Under the pieces are notes generated by a model. It did not search any database, was not told the DNA's origin, and was given only the letters and a program-made list of their open reading frames with translations. The position numbers and the translations under genes are program-made. A DNA stretch of 64,000 nt from Chiloscyllium plagiosum (Eukaryota): NCBI RefSeq assembly GCF_004010195.1, contig NC_057758.1, positions 8,840,014-8,904,013 on the forward strand, given 5' to 3'. This document shows positions 1 to 13,135 of this stretch, in pieces. Numbering within the stretch: the stretch's first letter is position 1; the number at the start of each line of letters is the position of its first letter.

Positions 1-2810
1 CAAAGAACACCAAGAGACTGGGCCTGCTGAATCGCTCTCGGAAAGGTATCTTTTCATATGACATCTGTGGAGCGGAAGACCGAAGAAAAGAATATACAAA
101 GATATAAGATAATCTGCACAGCTGACTGTTTTTGAAACGTGAATGTTTTGTAAAATTTAATCTGGGCTGTTTTATTCTATCACTAAATTGTTGTGGAGTG
201 GGAGTTGAATAAATTCATCAAAGAAGGTTAGATGTTGTTTAATGGTTTTCTTAAATTTGGAGTTAAATAATAATTTTGTTTAAATAACAACATTTTAAAA
301 GATTTTTGTAACTCATACTTTAACGGATTATGAGACGAGGTGAGTGCTTCTGTGTGTCTGCTTTACATTTGCAGAATGGTTTACCCCGTGACGTAATGTT
401 TCAGTGCACACATCTGACATTTGAACGTTTTAGACAGATCCAGTCTGAGATTTGTACAAATTTGAATAGATGTGGGGATCGAAAATTAAGTAGATTTGAA
501 CATTTACTGAACAGTGACCGAGATCATTAGGTAAAATATAGGTGAGATTTATTTTTAAAATTTCGATTTCTTCCAATTGGTTCAATTAAAAATGAGCTAA
601 ATGGCTATTAAATCTGCTAAGGAGGTTCTGTGGCTTAAAAATTACACCCACATATCCGAAGAAAGCTTAGAAGGAAATGAAAAATATCTTACTTTTAGAA
701 TTAGCAAAGTGATTATAATTCTTTTTAATGTAGGACAAAAATAAAGCTGGAATTCTAAGGAAAATATTCAAACACTTAGATGTGTCAGGGAAACTGACAA
801 GTGCAGTCGAATTAGAAAACCTGAAATTGCCATTGAGGAAAAGTTAGAAGATTAAACAAAGAGAGAAAGAGGAAACATTGAGGGAGAGAGAAAGAGAGAA
901 AAAAGAGGGAGAAAGATAAAGAAAAAAAGAGAAGACAGACAGAGATAGGAAATAGAGAGAATTTTCTTAACTAAGCAAAGACTTAGAGAAAGGTAAAAGA
1001 ATGAGAGAAGGGTCTTCGCTGAGCAAATGAACAGAGAAAGAGAGAGAGAGAGAGAAATGAAGGGGAGAGAGAAAGAGACAGAATTAGAAATTGAGAAATT
1101 ATGACATTGTTGGCAAAGTCACGTTAACAGGATGGAGATTAAAAGAACAGCCAGTGATGGAAATAAACATGTCAAAGCGCTGTTACATTTTGATAAGAAA
1201 GATGTTCAAGCTTTCTTTGTTTAATTTGACACATTAGTTAGGCAGCTGGAATTATCTGAGGAATTACAGATAATTCCAGTTCAGACGAAACTGGCGGACA
1301 GAGCTCTTGAGGTATTTGCATCGTGTCAGATGAGGCGTCAAACAGACTACTTAAGTGCTGACGAATTGGTACCGGAAGCCTGCAGACAGTGGGTTCAGAA
1401 ACAAAAGAAAGGGACCAGATCAGAGATATTTTGAGGTTGAAAGAATTAAGCACGCTTTGATAGATGAGTGCAGGCCTTCAACATGGATAAGACCAATGAG
1501 GCTCTAACGAAGATTATTCTGCTGGCTGAGTTGAAAAATCTATCCAGAGAATGTTGGAATTCACGTGGATGAATATAGAGTTCAGGAATTGGGAAGAACA
1601 GCAGAGTACGCAGGTGAATACACGATGGGGCATATCACATGTTTCTGGAAAGAATTTCATGATGTGAGGAAAATGGGTTGGGAGACGGGGAGATATTACA
1701 TTATGAAGCAAATATTGGAGAACATTTGTAAGTATTTAAGAAAAGGTTAAAAGAAAAAAATCCCAAAGGGTGGAAAGGAGGTGAAAGGCCTCAAGTCTTT
1801 TCTCTGTGGTAAATTGGGACATGTAAAGACACAGTAATTATAGTCAAAGAAAGGCAGTGTGGGAATACGCGTGGTAACATAATCTCAGCCAGTAGCATTA
1901 GTGAAAGTAGTGAAGGAAACCCCAACAAATGTCGAGGAGTTGCAGAGAATGCACAGCCAAGAGAGGGGCTGGGTAAGGAGTTAGTTCCTGATATCTACAA
2001 AGACTCCGCATCTGTGCGTAAAGCTTACTCAGAAAGAAAAGGATGGGGCAAGGCAAGAATTTATGATTTTAAGAGACACAGGATGTTCGCAGTCTCAAAA
2101 ATATGAGATGAACGAATTTGCGTTGTTTCTGATCTGTTGACCGGGAGAGTGGTAATGTGTCACACAGAAGGGCAGAAAATGTGAGATAAGATTGGATAAG
2201 TCTGGGAAAGTAACAGTGGCAGTGGTTGATAGATAGTCCATTCCACGAATGCAGTTTGTTCTTTAGAACGACTTCGAAGTATCCAAGTTGAGAATAATAG
2301 ACCTTGTTGGGAAGAAGCACAAGGAAGACTTGGAAATTAATGAGTTAAAAGAAAAATATCATGTATTTTCCAAGATCCTGTAGTAACAAGATCCCACTAA
2401 CTTAAGTCACAGGACGAAGCAAAAATTAAACAAAATGAAGATGGATTATAGGTTCAGTAACGAACACGCTGTTTGATGTAATGGAGCAGGAGAAGCCTGA
2501 TCAAGCAGAGGGAGAAAGGAGTGTTTAGTCCAGAAAGGCTAATGGACTTCCAACAAAAAAAAACGAGACCATATGTTGAAGCGTATCAGAAAATGAGGCA
2601 GAGAATATTCGTTTCAGGTTATTATCTGAAAGAACTAGATATACAGTTATTAGTTACTGCCCAACAGAGTGAGGAATCAAATCAAGATGTGGAATTTGAT
2701 GTGCTTCAAAATGTGTTAAACAATGAGGAAGAGGGATAGGTTAGAAAACCATCTGTCTCAGAAGCAAAGAACGCATTTGAAAGATATGTGAAAGCAGCAG
2801 GAGGGATTGT
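1..2810 (+). mobile_element. Decayed Gypsy LTR retrotransposon: 5' LTR end (~397), gag, protease; integrase internally deleted
   Basis: LTR-like end ccccgtgacgtaa ~384-396; gag start ATGGCTATTAAATCTGCTAAG at 601; E/R/K-rich segment 860-1090; FDKKDVQAFF ~1188; zinc-knuckle relic CGKLGHVK ~1805; protease ILRDTGCSQS ~2066. Many stops and frameshifts. Confidence 0.8.
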
Positions 2811-3260
2811 TTCCTCCACCATCTTCGATTCTGTGCCTACTTTTAGGACCAAGACAACCGCCCTCCCACCGTGGGCACGTTCTTCCACCCACAACATGCC
2901 CATCCTCCTGGACAGCCCGGGCTGACCCGCTTCTCGCCATTTACCTCTTCATTTCCAATTGCCGCCGTGACATTAACCATCTCAACGTGTCCAACCGCCT
3001 CACCAATTCTTCTCTCTCGCCCTCACAACGCTCATCCCTCCACTCCCTCCACTCCATTCCCAAGCTCACCATCAAACAGCAGACAAAGAGAGTGCAGTAG
3101 CTTTGTGGTAAACTGACCTCTACACCGCTTAAGGCAGGTGCCTCCTACCGCCCATTCGACCATGACCTCATCCCGATCACCAAACATCATCGCCCAGGCC
3201 ATACTCAACCTCAAGACCTCAGGGGATCTCACACACATAGTGGATCTCTGCACCGCCAAT

Positions 3261-3352
3261 CCCAGTGACGTCAGCAAACTACATTTGGACCCAGTGACGT
3301 CAGCAAACTACATTTGGACCCAGTGACGTCAGCAAACTACATTTGGACCCAG
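3261..3352. repeat. Perfect tandem repeat, 29 bp x3 (cccagtgacgtcagcaaactacatttgga)
   Basis: Units at 3261-3289, 3290-3318 and 3319-3347, plus a partial cccag. Confidence 0.97.
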
Positions 3353-3488
3353 CGAAACAGGCCCTTCTTTGGCCTGTGCCCGAAACGTCGAATCTCCTGT
3401 TTCCTGGATGCTGCCTGACCTGCTGTGCTGTTCCAGCAATAAAGTTTCAACTTTGATCTCCAGCATCTGCAGACCTAACTTTCTCCTC
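3261..3488 (+). mobile_element. Young short PLE-derived insertion with 3x29-bp repeat head, 10-bp TSD
   Basis: TSD caccgccaat at 3251-3260 and 3489-3498. Absent at the paralogous site ~33421-33431. The 3' part is near-identical to the end of the PLE at 44752-44865. Confidence 0.9.
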
Positions 3489-4477
3489 CACCGCCAATTA
3501 TACCTACTACCAAGCTCCTCAAACCTGGTTATCCCCGCCGACCTATCACTTCAGCTTGCTCCTGCCCCATCGAACTCATCTTCACCTACCCCCGATACTA
3601 TCCTATCTCCCAGTCCAGGAACTCCCCACATAGCCTCTGTTTCATTTTCGGAATATGTATCATACGTTTGGGACTCCACCCATGCCCTCCACCTCCTCCA
3701 AGATTTCCGCCAACGCCTCATCCTCACCATGGACATCCAGTCCCTCTACACCTCCATCTGCCATGACCAGAGCCTCCAGGCTCTCTGTGTCTTCCTCTTC
3801 CGACTTCCCCACCTGGACCCTTCCACTGACACACTTATTCGTTTCCTTGAAATGGTCTTCACCCTCAACAATTTGTATTTTCAATCCTCCCATTTGCTCC
3901 AGAGAGAAGGGGTACCATGGCCACCCGCATGGGCCCAAGCACTTCCCATTTCTTTGTCAGCTACGCGGAAACGTCTATCTTCCGAAATGATGTATGTACC
4001 TATTGATTCAAGAACCCTGCCTGGACATACCTTACGAAGTCTGCTCCATCGAAACTATTTGCAGTAAGCAGCTTGTATAAGATCTCCCCTTAGTCTCCTA
4101 CGCTTTAAAGAAGAATATTCCTAGTCAGACCAAACTCTCCTTATACTTCAGACGCCAGAGTCCTGTCAACATCCTTGTATAACTCCAGTGGAATCTTTGT
4201 CGATTTTAATAACATCATTCCTACAGCAAGGTCATCAAATGTCAACAGGTGCGGCGTCACCAATGCTCTACACAACTACAACATAACTTTCCAACCGAGG
4301 AAAAGAAGAGGAATGGAGGATTTGTGACATTAGCAAATGAAGTGAAACAGCGAAAAAAAATCATTGAAAATTCATTAGGAATTCATATCAAGAAAAGGGA
4401 AATGACAACGAAGTGGGAAGAAAGGAAAAAAAAAGATCGACAGTAGAGTTAAAGGAGAAGGAATCTTAGTTCCCATT

Positions 4478-4745
4478 CCCTCAGCACTTATGCTCTGAAT
4501 GTTTACACTACCTCAGCATTGACGCTCTGATAGTGTGGAACACTTTCAGCACCGACCATCCGGTAGTGCGATCTTCCCTCAGCATTGACACTCTTGTAGT
4601 GGGACAATCCATTTGCACTGATTCCACAATAGTGGGGCGCTCCTTCGGGACCTCACATACTAACAGTGCGGTTGTCACTTAGCACTGATCCTCGGACAGT
4701 GTGGTGATCCCTCAGCGCTGACCCCTCGGCTGTACTGATCCCACG
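4478..4745. repeat. Degenerate ~30-bp minisatellite (ccctcagcactgaccctc..acagtg..)
   Basis: Repeated cctcagcattgac/ctcagcgctgaccc units. A shorter mirror copy lies at ~32225-32450. Confidence 0.7.
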
Positions 4746-5629
4746 CAGTTCTACATCTCTAATGGTTGAGGTAAAAATTCTGGAGGTGTTCACAGAGATT
4801 GGGAATTGTGTAAAGTCTGAAGGATGTTTACGACCTTGTGAAGGGAGTGGTGGCTGGAGGTAGTTACCGAGATAGGCAGTGGTGTAGGGGCTCAAGAAGA
4901 TTAAAGAGTTAAGCAGGGATGTCGTGGACTTGAGTATGTTACAGAGACAGCGAGAACTGGAGGGACTGAAGGAGATTGCACAGATGATAAAGGATAATTG
5001 GACGGGAGGAGGGTGAAGAGATGGGGAGGGGTACAACGCGATTCATGATCTGAGGTAGAGAGAGAAGTATGCGGACAGGAGGAGGTAACACAGATCAGGA
5101 GGGTTATCAGGAGAAGCTGCAGACACAAGGAAGTGTTTAGGGACTGCAAGGCGTTACAGAGATGGGGACGCTTTTAGAGGCCAGACGAGGTCACGCAGGT
5201 ATGGATTATTTTAGGTCTGGAGCAGGTTACATTGATAGGTGGGATGGTGTTTTGGCTCCTGTTCCATGAAGCTTAATGCAGTCTGAACCGTCTCCTTTTC
5301 CCGTTCCACCCGACATTTTCTGATTCCCTTTTCCTGCAAGGATCTTACGCCGTGTTCTCATCTTGTTGCTGGGTAACCCACAATTGGCGGACATTCTTGT
5401 ACCCACTGTAATAGGGTGGACCCATGACCTCTTTCTCCTGCTGCAGGAAAAGCGTCTTTTCTTTTGAGCACCTACGTCCTCAGTACTCTTTGAACTAGCG
5501 TCAGTGGACTGGGGAGAGAGGGGGACAGGAGTGACGGAATCAGGTGTCGGGGTGCTCGCCAAGAGTTCTTGGAAAACACTTTCTCTTCGAGAACGTGGAA
5601 TATCTGGCCATTCGGCGCACTCTGCTTCT

Positions 5630-7620
5630 TCTGACCGCTCGGCACACAAGAAATTAATCCCACCTGTCTGCACGTGTTCCATTTCCCTCTCTTCCCAGTC
5701 TAATCATGACTCTGTCTAAATGTTTTCTCTAACTTTTCGAACGTATCTACTTCACCTCCTCCCCTGGAAACGCCTCCCAGGCACATACCACCCACTGTGA
5801 AAAACATTTTCCTCACTCATTTCATTTAATCTGTTGCCTCTCACTTTCAACTGATGAGACAGTGAACATGATGGATTGAAGGACTTTTGCGCCGCTTGGC
5901 TTCACTGTACAATCCTTTGAACATGGCACTTGGAAAGTTATGTTGAATTTGAACAACAGATTGTTGCGGGCTCTTCCGGAGTACTGCTTCCAGTTCTGAT
6001 TACACGGTAAGAGGAATGTCTTATCAGCCTGGAGAGGGTGCAGAAGATATTGACCAGTTTGATACTGTGGATGGAAGTTTTAAGTTAGAATGAAAGGCTG
6101 GATAGGTTCGGACCTTTTTCCATTGCCGTGTAGGAGGTTAATAAGCAATGCTATAGAAATGTTCAAAATAATGCGGGGTACAAATAAAGTTATTTGTGGG
6201 CGGCACGGTGGCACAGTGGTTAGCACTGCTGCCTCACAGCGCCTGAGACCCGGGTTCAATTCCCGCCTCAGGCGACTGACTGTGTGGAGTTTGCACGTTC
6301 TCCCCGTGTCTGCGTGGGTTTCCTCCGGGTGCTCCGGTTTCCTCCCACAGTCCAAAAGATGTGCAGGGTCAGGTGAATTGGCCATGCTAAATTGCCCGTA
6401 GTGCTAGGTAAGGGGTAAATGTAGGGGTATGGGTGGGTTTCGCTTCGGCGGGTCGGTGTGGACTTGTTGGGCCGAAGGGCCTGTTTCCACACTCTAATCT
6501 AATCTAATCTAATCTAATCTAATCTAATCTTATTGGTGATTGCCTTGTCCCGACGATAGGAATGACACTTTCGGTCAGGTGACAAGAAAGACATTTAAAA
6601 ACCTCAAGTGGATCCAGACCTTTTACACAGAAAGTAGCTCATATTTATAATGAGAGGAAGTGATGAATGCAGGTAGAATTACAAACTTTGTGGTTGCATT
6701 AATAAGGACATGAATATGAAAGGTTTAGAGGAATGTGGGAAAGGAAGAAGAAGGTACGACTAGTTTAAGTTGGGATGAGTTTCAGCATGGACTGTTTGGA
6801 CAGCTGCATTCATTTCCGTTACGTCTAACTATTTGACATTGTGACAACGATCTTAGTTTTTAACATGACCACGTTGGGACAGATACTAAAACTTCACAAA
6901 CCGATCCACACCTCTCATAATTTGATATGATTTTATCATGTCCTCCCTTACACTCTAACACTTTCCTGAAAACAGTCCAAGTTTGTCCAATATTTCCTTA
7001 TCGCTGGCCCAATGCAATCCTGGCAACATCTAGGCACCTCTTTTGCTTCCTGTACAAAGCCTCCACATCCTTCCAATAATGTCGCGACCAACAGTGCACA
7101 CAACAATCCAAATGCAGCTTCTCTAGTCTTATAAAACTGTAATATGATTTTCCAACTTTTGTAGTACATGCCCTGATAGATGACATCAAGCATGCCGTGT
7201 CCTTCTTAACCGTCTAATCAATTGGTGGTGCAACTTTCAGGGGACCATGACCTTGTACTCCAAGCCAGCTGTGTAGATTAGTGTTCGTAAGGGTCCTGCC
7301 ATTTAATTTACATACTCTTGCTAATGGAGATAAGCATCCCTTATGTCTTCTTCACCATTTTGTCTACCTGTACTGATACCTTTCATGATCTATAAACTTG
7401 AACAACAAAATTATTTTGTTTTGTCCTGAATTACCATGCATAGTGCATATCCTTCCTATGTTGGCCCTCTTAAAAAGCATCAACATACAATTATCGTTAT
7501 TAATTATCTTCTGCTATTGCTCTTCTCAATTTGTCAGCTGATCATCAGCAGTCTGCAGGCTGAATCCATTCTCCCCACCACGAAAGATTTCGCCAAACTG
7601 CAAGTCATCTGAAAACGCAA
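5630..7620. mobile_element. Cluster of old CR1 LINE 3' fragments in both orientations
   Basis: CR1 C-terminal relics (YKSWKIILQFYKT, LDCCVHCWS, MFKIMRG, VCAWKALPGEEVE in the mirror copy). Mirror at ~29650-31350. Confidence 0.7.
6198..6530 (+). mobile_element. tRNA-derived SINE (HE1/V-SINE type) with (TAATC)n tail; left arm only
   Basis: A box tggcacagtgg, B box ggttcaattcc, V-domain tgtgtggagtttgcacgttctccccgtgtctgcgtgggtttcctccgg, CR1-like 3' end gggccgaagggcctgtttccacact. Empty site at ~30770. Confidence 0.93.
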
Positions 7621-7867
7621 TGATTGTATCTCATGCGTTCAGAACCAAATTGTGACCGTTCAGTCCAGGATCCAGAAACATGAAGTCGTTGCTTAGTAAA
7701 AAGGATTTAATACAGAGATGCAGAAACATTGTTTTCTCTCAGAGGGAGTGCTGCTTTGTAAAAATATTTCTGAAGAAGCACGAATTCAAACACTTAATAA
7801 ATATTTTTATGGCAGATTTACACAAATCTTAATAAATATTTTTATGGCAGATTTACACAAATTTTCG

Positions 7868-8052
7868 ATGCTGAAAATGTGTTGCTGGAAAAGCGCAGCA
7901 GGTCAGGCAGCATCCCAAGGAGCAGGAGAATCGACGGTTAGGGCACGAGCCCTTCGTCGATTCTCCTGCTCCTTGGATGCTGGCTGACCTGCTGCGCTTT
8001 TCCAGCAACACATTTTCAGCTCTGATCTCCAGCATCTGCAGTCCTCACTTGC
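7868..8052. mobile_element. Short fold-back PLE-derived element
   Basis: Inverted arms gctgaaaatgtgttgctggaaaagcgcagcaggtcag / ctgacctgctgcgcttttccagcaacacattttcagc. Flanked by a degenerate TSD. Confidence 0.85.
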
Positions 8053-10384
8053 CCCACGAATTCTTGATGACCGAGGTGATGACAGATGATTAGCGGATAT
8101 GTAGAAATTAGTTACTGTGGGCAAATTTGGAACAACCGTGACCTTATTGTTTATGTTATGGGGTGACATTTAATCGTCCACTTGGAGGGCTGATTGGCCT
8201 ACTCTTCTTACTTGTTCATGTATTCTCGTGACGTAAAATGCTTTGTGGACTATCCTACCGATATATGTTTTGTTTGTCGCAAAGATATTCGTTATTTGTA
8301 TTCTGCCAACTGAAATACTACTCGAAATCTACACCAGCCCCACATTCAGAAATCTGACCCGTTGCTTTGAATATTAGAACACATCAAGTGGCTCATCCAA
8401 GGTGTTTTTAAAGTTTGCAAGGGTGCCCGCGTCATTTACACTTCCAGAGAGTACATTCCACTCTCTTACCATCCTTGAGTTGACAACGTTTCTCCTCAAC
8501 TCAGTTTCAGTTACAAAATGTGCTCTTTGTAATTGGCCTTTTGATTGAGGGGAGCACTTGCTTTCTGTTCATTCTGCACGTGCGTCACAGAGCATTGTAC
8601 AACTCAACCAGGGGCTTCTGCTCCAAAGAAAACAAGCCGGCCACATGCAGCTTCTCTTAATGAATAATTTGCCCGTAGAAAACAAAGCAGGACAGCAGAG
8701 GAACTGGGGCTGTGTCCACCAGTTTCCGTCTGTGCTGACGATGATGCCATGCAAACTAATCGCATCGGCCCAGACATAGACTGTATCCCTTTATTCTATG
8801 CCCATTCAAACATCTGTCTGGACACATTTTCATCTTTGTCCCGATCATATCAATTTCTTACAGCTCCCTTGGCAGTGTTTTCCAGGCAACTATCAAACGC
8901 TATGCAAAAACCTTTCCTCGTACATTTCCTTCACAATATTCTCCTCTCACTTTCTGCCCTCTAGTTTCTAATGTTTCCGCCTGTTACAAGCAAAACTTTC
9001 CACAATCTACTTCATTTGAAATTCTTGTATCAAGTCACGTCCCCACAACCACTGCCCTCCTACAGAACCCACCGCCAGCCTCAGAAACACTTCACGTTTG
9101 TGCAAACTATACTTATAAATGCTATACTACAATACGGTCGAAATCCAGATAAAGCTCTTCTGAACACTCTGCAATGTCTTCAGAGCAATACAGCGGCCTA
9201 ATCAAAGGTCTGTACAGCAAATGAACTGCTGCGAAGAGAATGGACTGCTAATGTACACTGTCATTTCCTGACTTGCCTCAATTTTTTCATTATATTAAGA
9301 CACTGATCTGAAACAGAATTCGAACACAGATAGTGAATACTTGTCAGTGGTTCGGGATTTGGTGGATTGACACTATCAAATGGAACCTGCTAAGATCCTT
9401 TCTCCAGTCGGGAACGCAGACACTTTCCAGCGTTACATGTTGCCTTTCATTTATTGAGTTCAGAATGTTACACAACACACTTGGAACAACGGGCATGCAC
9501 ACTTGACCAACATTGAATCGTATTTATCACATGGAAATTTACTACAGTAACTTCATTCTAAAATATTTGATCAGAGTGGAGCTCGGTGAGATAATAAAAA
9601 GAGAAAAAAAGTTCATTGATTTTAACAGTTGGACACAGTCGAACATGCACTTTGAGTCTCACTGAAATAAACATAGGCAGAACATACAGATTTCGGCCTC
9701 CACAATCTAACTGGAATTTATTGGTGTCACAACAGTGCAGGTTTCCTGAAATGTGTTTAACATTGTTTATGAGAAACAGGCTGTGTGCATTGCTCCAGGT
9801 CGAGCACAATATGGAAATAGGTCATTGAGAACAATGCAGCATGTTCCCAATGCAGAGATATTTGGAAAGAAGGGCTGTCAACTTCCCGAGCAGTTTTCAG
9901 ACTGTGAGTGACAAGACATCGGAGGCTTGCTGTGTGTAAACATGGGACAGGAACGAGGGCGTAAAGCAGAAACTTCTCAGATCATTGAGTTATTAAGATT
10001 CAGAACACGCTGTCTTGGAATTTAGCGGAGGTGGATACCACAGGAAGTTCCAACAGGGAGCTAGTTGTGGATTTGAAAGGGTTGAAGAGGAAGAAGGCTG
10101 GAGTGAGGAGAAGGGAATGGCCATAGCTGTTTCCCTCTTTCAGGAACCGGGACAGATTGGCTAGATTACACTGTACTGCAAAATGTTATGATTTTTATAT
10201 CATGAGCAGATAACCAAATATTGCTCAAAGAGGAATGGGTTCATGACTGGCCTTAAAGGAGGTGATAGACATTGTTCATGTTCGATCAGTGGACTCATAA
10301 TTAAAAATCTGATTTCTCTCCCCTGTTTCTGAAAGCACTCTGAATTTGTCAAGCTGTTTCCGTTTACATGACAGATTACCACAA

Positions 10385-10512
10385 TCCTGATGAATGGCTT
10401 AGGCTCAAAACGTCGAATCTCTTGCTCCTTGGACGCTGCCTGACCTTCTGTGCTGTTTTAGTGCCACATTTCTTGACTCTGATCTTTACCATCTGCAGTT
10501 CTCGCTTCCTCC
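10385..10512 (+). mobile_element. Short PLE-derived element with degenerate hammerhead motif
   Basis: ctgatgaatggcttaggctcaaaacgtcgaatc (GAAA mutated to AAAA) followed by the family body. Mirror at ~26752-26876. Confidence 0.75.
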
Positions 10513-10929
10513 TGATTACTCCTTCCAGCCGAACCAACAGAAACAAAATACCGAATTAACTTCGCATGCTGCATATCTAAAACAAAACAGAAGTGCAGGA
10601 GAAATTCAGAAAGTCAGGCAGCATCTCAGGAGAGAAATCAGATTTGACAAGTCTGGTCTAGTTAGAGTGTGTTTATTCAGAATAACTTCACCTGCATTTG
10701 AAGCAATAACCTTTACAACTCTTGTAGGTCTCTGCAATAATTACCGGGGACCTGAGCCCAGATTGTTTTGTTGGTTTAATGCTGTTATTGTGTTTATTTC
10801 TATAAAATATTTTGAATCCTACTGAAACTTCTGTTTGAGTTTATTTCTCAGTAATGTCGCATTTTAAAATTCTCTGGTGGAATATTAATGTCAATGATAA
10901 TTACCAGAACAAATGTCCCGTTCCTCGTT

Positions 10930-11420
10930 GTCCCAATGAGAGTATGTTTTTGAGTTATCATCTTGAATCTCTGCTGTTCAGATACTGTAGATAGACCCAA
11001 AATGCCTTTGGGATGGAAGACTCCAAATTAGACACAGCTGCACTGAAGAAACATTTCCAAATGAGGATGCTAAGTGATTTGGAAAGGATGTGGTGTTCGA
11101 ATATATTGGTTGCCCTTGAGTGGTCGTGATGGAAGCGGTCGTGTACTTGGAAGATAATGCTTCAAGATATTTAGTGAAATTCGGCTGTGTATCTTGTAGT
11201 CAGTGGACACTGCTGCTGTTGTGGATCGCTGGTGGAAAAAATATGGATGTTTTGTGAACGTGATGCCAATCAAGCGGATTGCTTTGTCGTGGATGCTTTG
11301 GAGTTTCTTGAGCATGGTTGGTGTTGCAGCCATCGAGGCAATTGGTCAGTATTTCATCATACTCCTGACTTTGCTATTTCGGTCGTAGATCATGTTTACG
11401 GGAAAAAGGAGGTGAGTGAT
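10930..11420 (-). mobile_element. Old non-LTR (CR1/L2-group) 3' fragment
   Basis: ORF 11070-11333 MAATPTMLKKLQSIHDKAIRLIG resembles the post-RT region of LINEs. A related copy lies at ~60900-61420. Confidence 0.55.
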
Positions 11421-11524
11421 TCGTTGCTGGATTCACAGCTTCGTGCAGACAGTATATTTATAAGTCTAGTCCATATCAGTGTGAATGATGACTGAGGTGA
11501 AAATTGTCAACCAGTCAGAAGTAG

Positions 11525-13135
11525 ATAGAGTCATAGAGTCACAGAGATGTACAGCATGGAAACAGACTCTTCGGTCCAACCCATCCATGCCGACCAGATA
11601 TCCCAACTCAATCTAGTCCCACCTGCCAGCACCTGGCCAACATCCCTCCAAACCCTTCCTAATCATATACTCATCCAAATGCCTCTCAAATGTTGAAATT
11701 GTACCAGCCTCTACCATATTCTCTGGCAGTTCATTCCATACACGCACAACCGTCTGCCTGAAAAAGTTGCTCCTCAGGTCTCTTTTATATCTTTCCCCTC
11801 TCACCCTAAACCTATGCCCTCCAGTTGTGGACTCCCCGACTACAGGGAAAATACTGTGCCTATTTATCATATCAATGCCCCTCATAATTTTGTAAAGCTC
11901 TATAAGTTCACACCTCAGACTCCGATGCTCCAGGGAAAATAGCCCCAGCCTATTCGACTTCTCCCTATATCTGAAATCCTCCAACCCTGGCAACATCTTT
12001 GTAAATCTTTTCTGAACCATTTCAAGTTTCACATCTTTCCGATAGGAAGGAGACCGGAATTGCACGCAATATTCCAACAGTGGCCTAACCCATGTCCTGT
12101 ACAGCCACAACATGATCTCCCAACTCCTATACTCAATACTCTGACCAATAAAGGAAGGCATACCAAACGGCATCTTCACTATCCGATCTACCTGCGACTC
12201 CATTTTCAAGGAGTTATGAACCTGCACTCCAAAGTCTATTTGTTCAGCAACACTCCTAAAGTCCTTACCAATAAGTGTAAAGTCTTTCCCAAAATGCAAC
12301 ACCTCGCATTTATCTGTATTAAAATCCAACTGCCACTTCTCAGCCCATTGACCCATATGGTCCAGTCCCTGTTGTAATCTGAGGTAACCCTCTTCGCTGT
12401 CCACTACACCTCCAAGTTTGCTGTCATCTGCAAACTTACTAACTGTACCTCTTTAGGATCGCATCCAAATCATTTATGTAAATGACAAAAAGTAGAGAAC
12501 CAGCACCGATCTTTGTGGCACTCCACCGGTCACAGGCATCCAGTCTGAAAACCAACCCTCCACCACCACACTCTGCCTTATATCTTTGAGCCAGTTCTGT
12601 ATCCAAAGGGTGAGTTCTCCCTGTATTCCATGAGATGTAAACTTGCTAATCAGTCTCCCATGGGGAACCTTGTCGAATGCTTTACTGAAGTCCATATAGA
12701 TCACATCTACTGCTCTGCCTTCGTCAGTCCTCTTGTTCCTTGTTAAAAAATCTCAATCAAGTTTGTGAGACATGATTTCCAACCCAGAATGCCATGTTGA
12801 CTATCCATAATCAGTCATTGCCTTTCCAAATACATCGACATCCTGTCCCTCAGGATTCCCTCCATCAACCTGCCCACCACCGAGGTCAGGCTCATTGGTC
12901 TATAGTTCCCTGGCTTGTCTTTACCGCCCTTCTTAAACAGTGGCACCACGTTTACCAACCTCCATTTTTCCGGCACCTCACCTGTGATTATCCATGATGC
13001 AAATATCTCACCAAGAGGCCCAGCAATCAGATCTCTGGCTTCCCATCGAGTTCTCGGGTACACCTGATCAGGTCCTGGGGATTAATCCACCTTTACCCGT
13101 TTCAAGGCATCCAGCACTTCCTCCTCTGTAATCTG
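11525..13135 (-). mobile_element. 5'-truncated CR1 LINE (RT domain and 3' end)
   Basis: VVPLFKKGGKDKPGNYRPMSLTSVV, IYMDFSKAFDKVPH, GVPQ, VRPLLEYCVQF. (actctatg)n-type tail at ~11525-11545. Confidence 0.95.

Larger units (their letters stand above)
2812..3985 (+). mobile_element. Decayed Penelope-like (Neptune-type) RT fragment
   Basis: Translations [39 protein letters not shown]. The mirror copy reads MGTRMGPS. Homologous to the younger element at 45095-46201. Confidence 0.85.

Noticed and set aside
860..1090. GA-rich microsatellite as an independent feature
   Set aside because: Lies within the decayed gag and encodes the E/R/K-rich coiled-coil segment.
3261..3352. 29-bp direct repeats resembling a CRISPR array
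   Set aside because: No spacers, head-to-tail identical units, vertebrate context, no cas genes.
6198..6275. tRNA gene
   Set aside because: tRNA-like head of a SINE, continuous with the V-domain and CR1-like tail.
7794..7863. 35-bp tandem duplication in the left arm
   Set aside because: Ordinary local slippage next to an insertion; no evidence of function.
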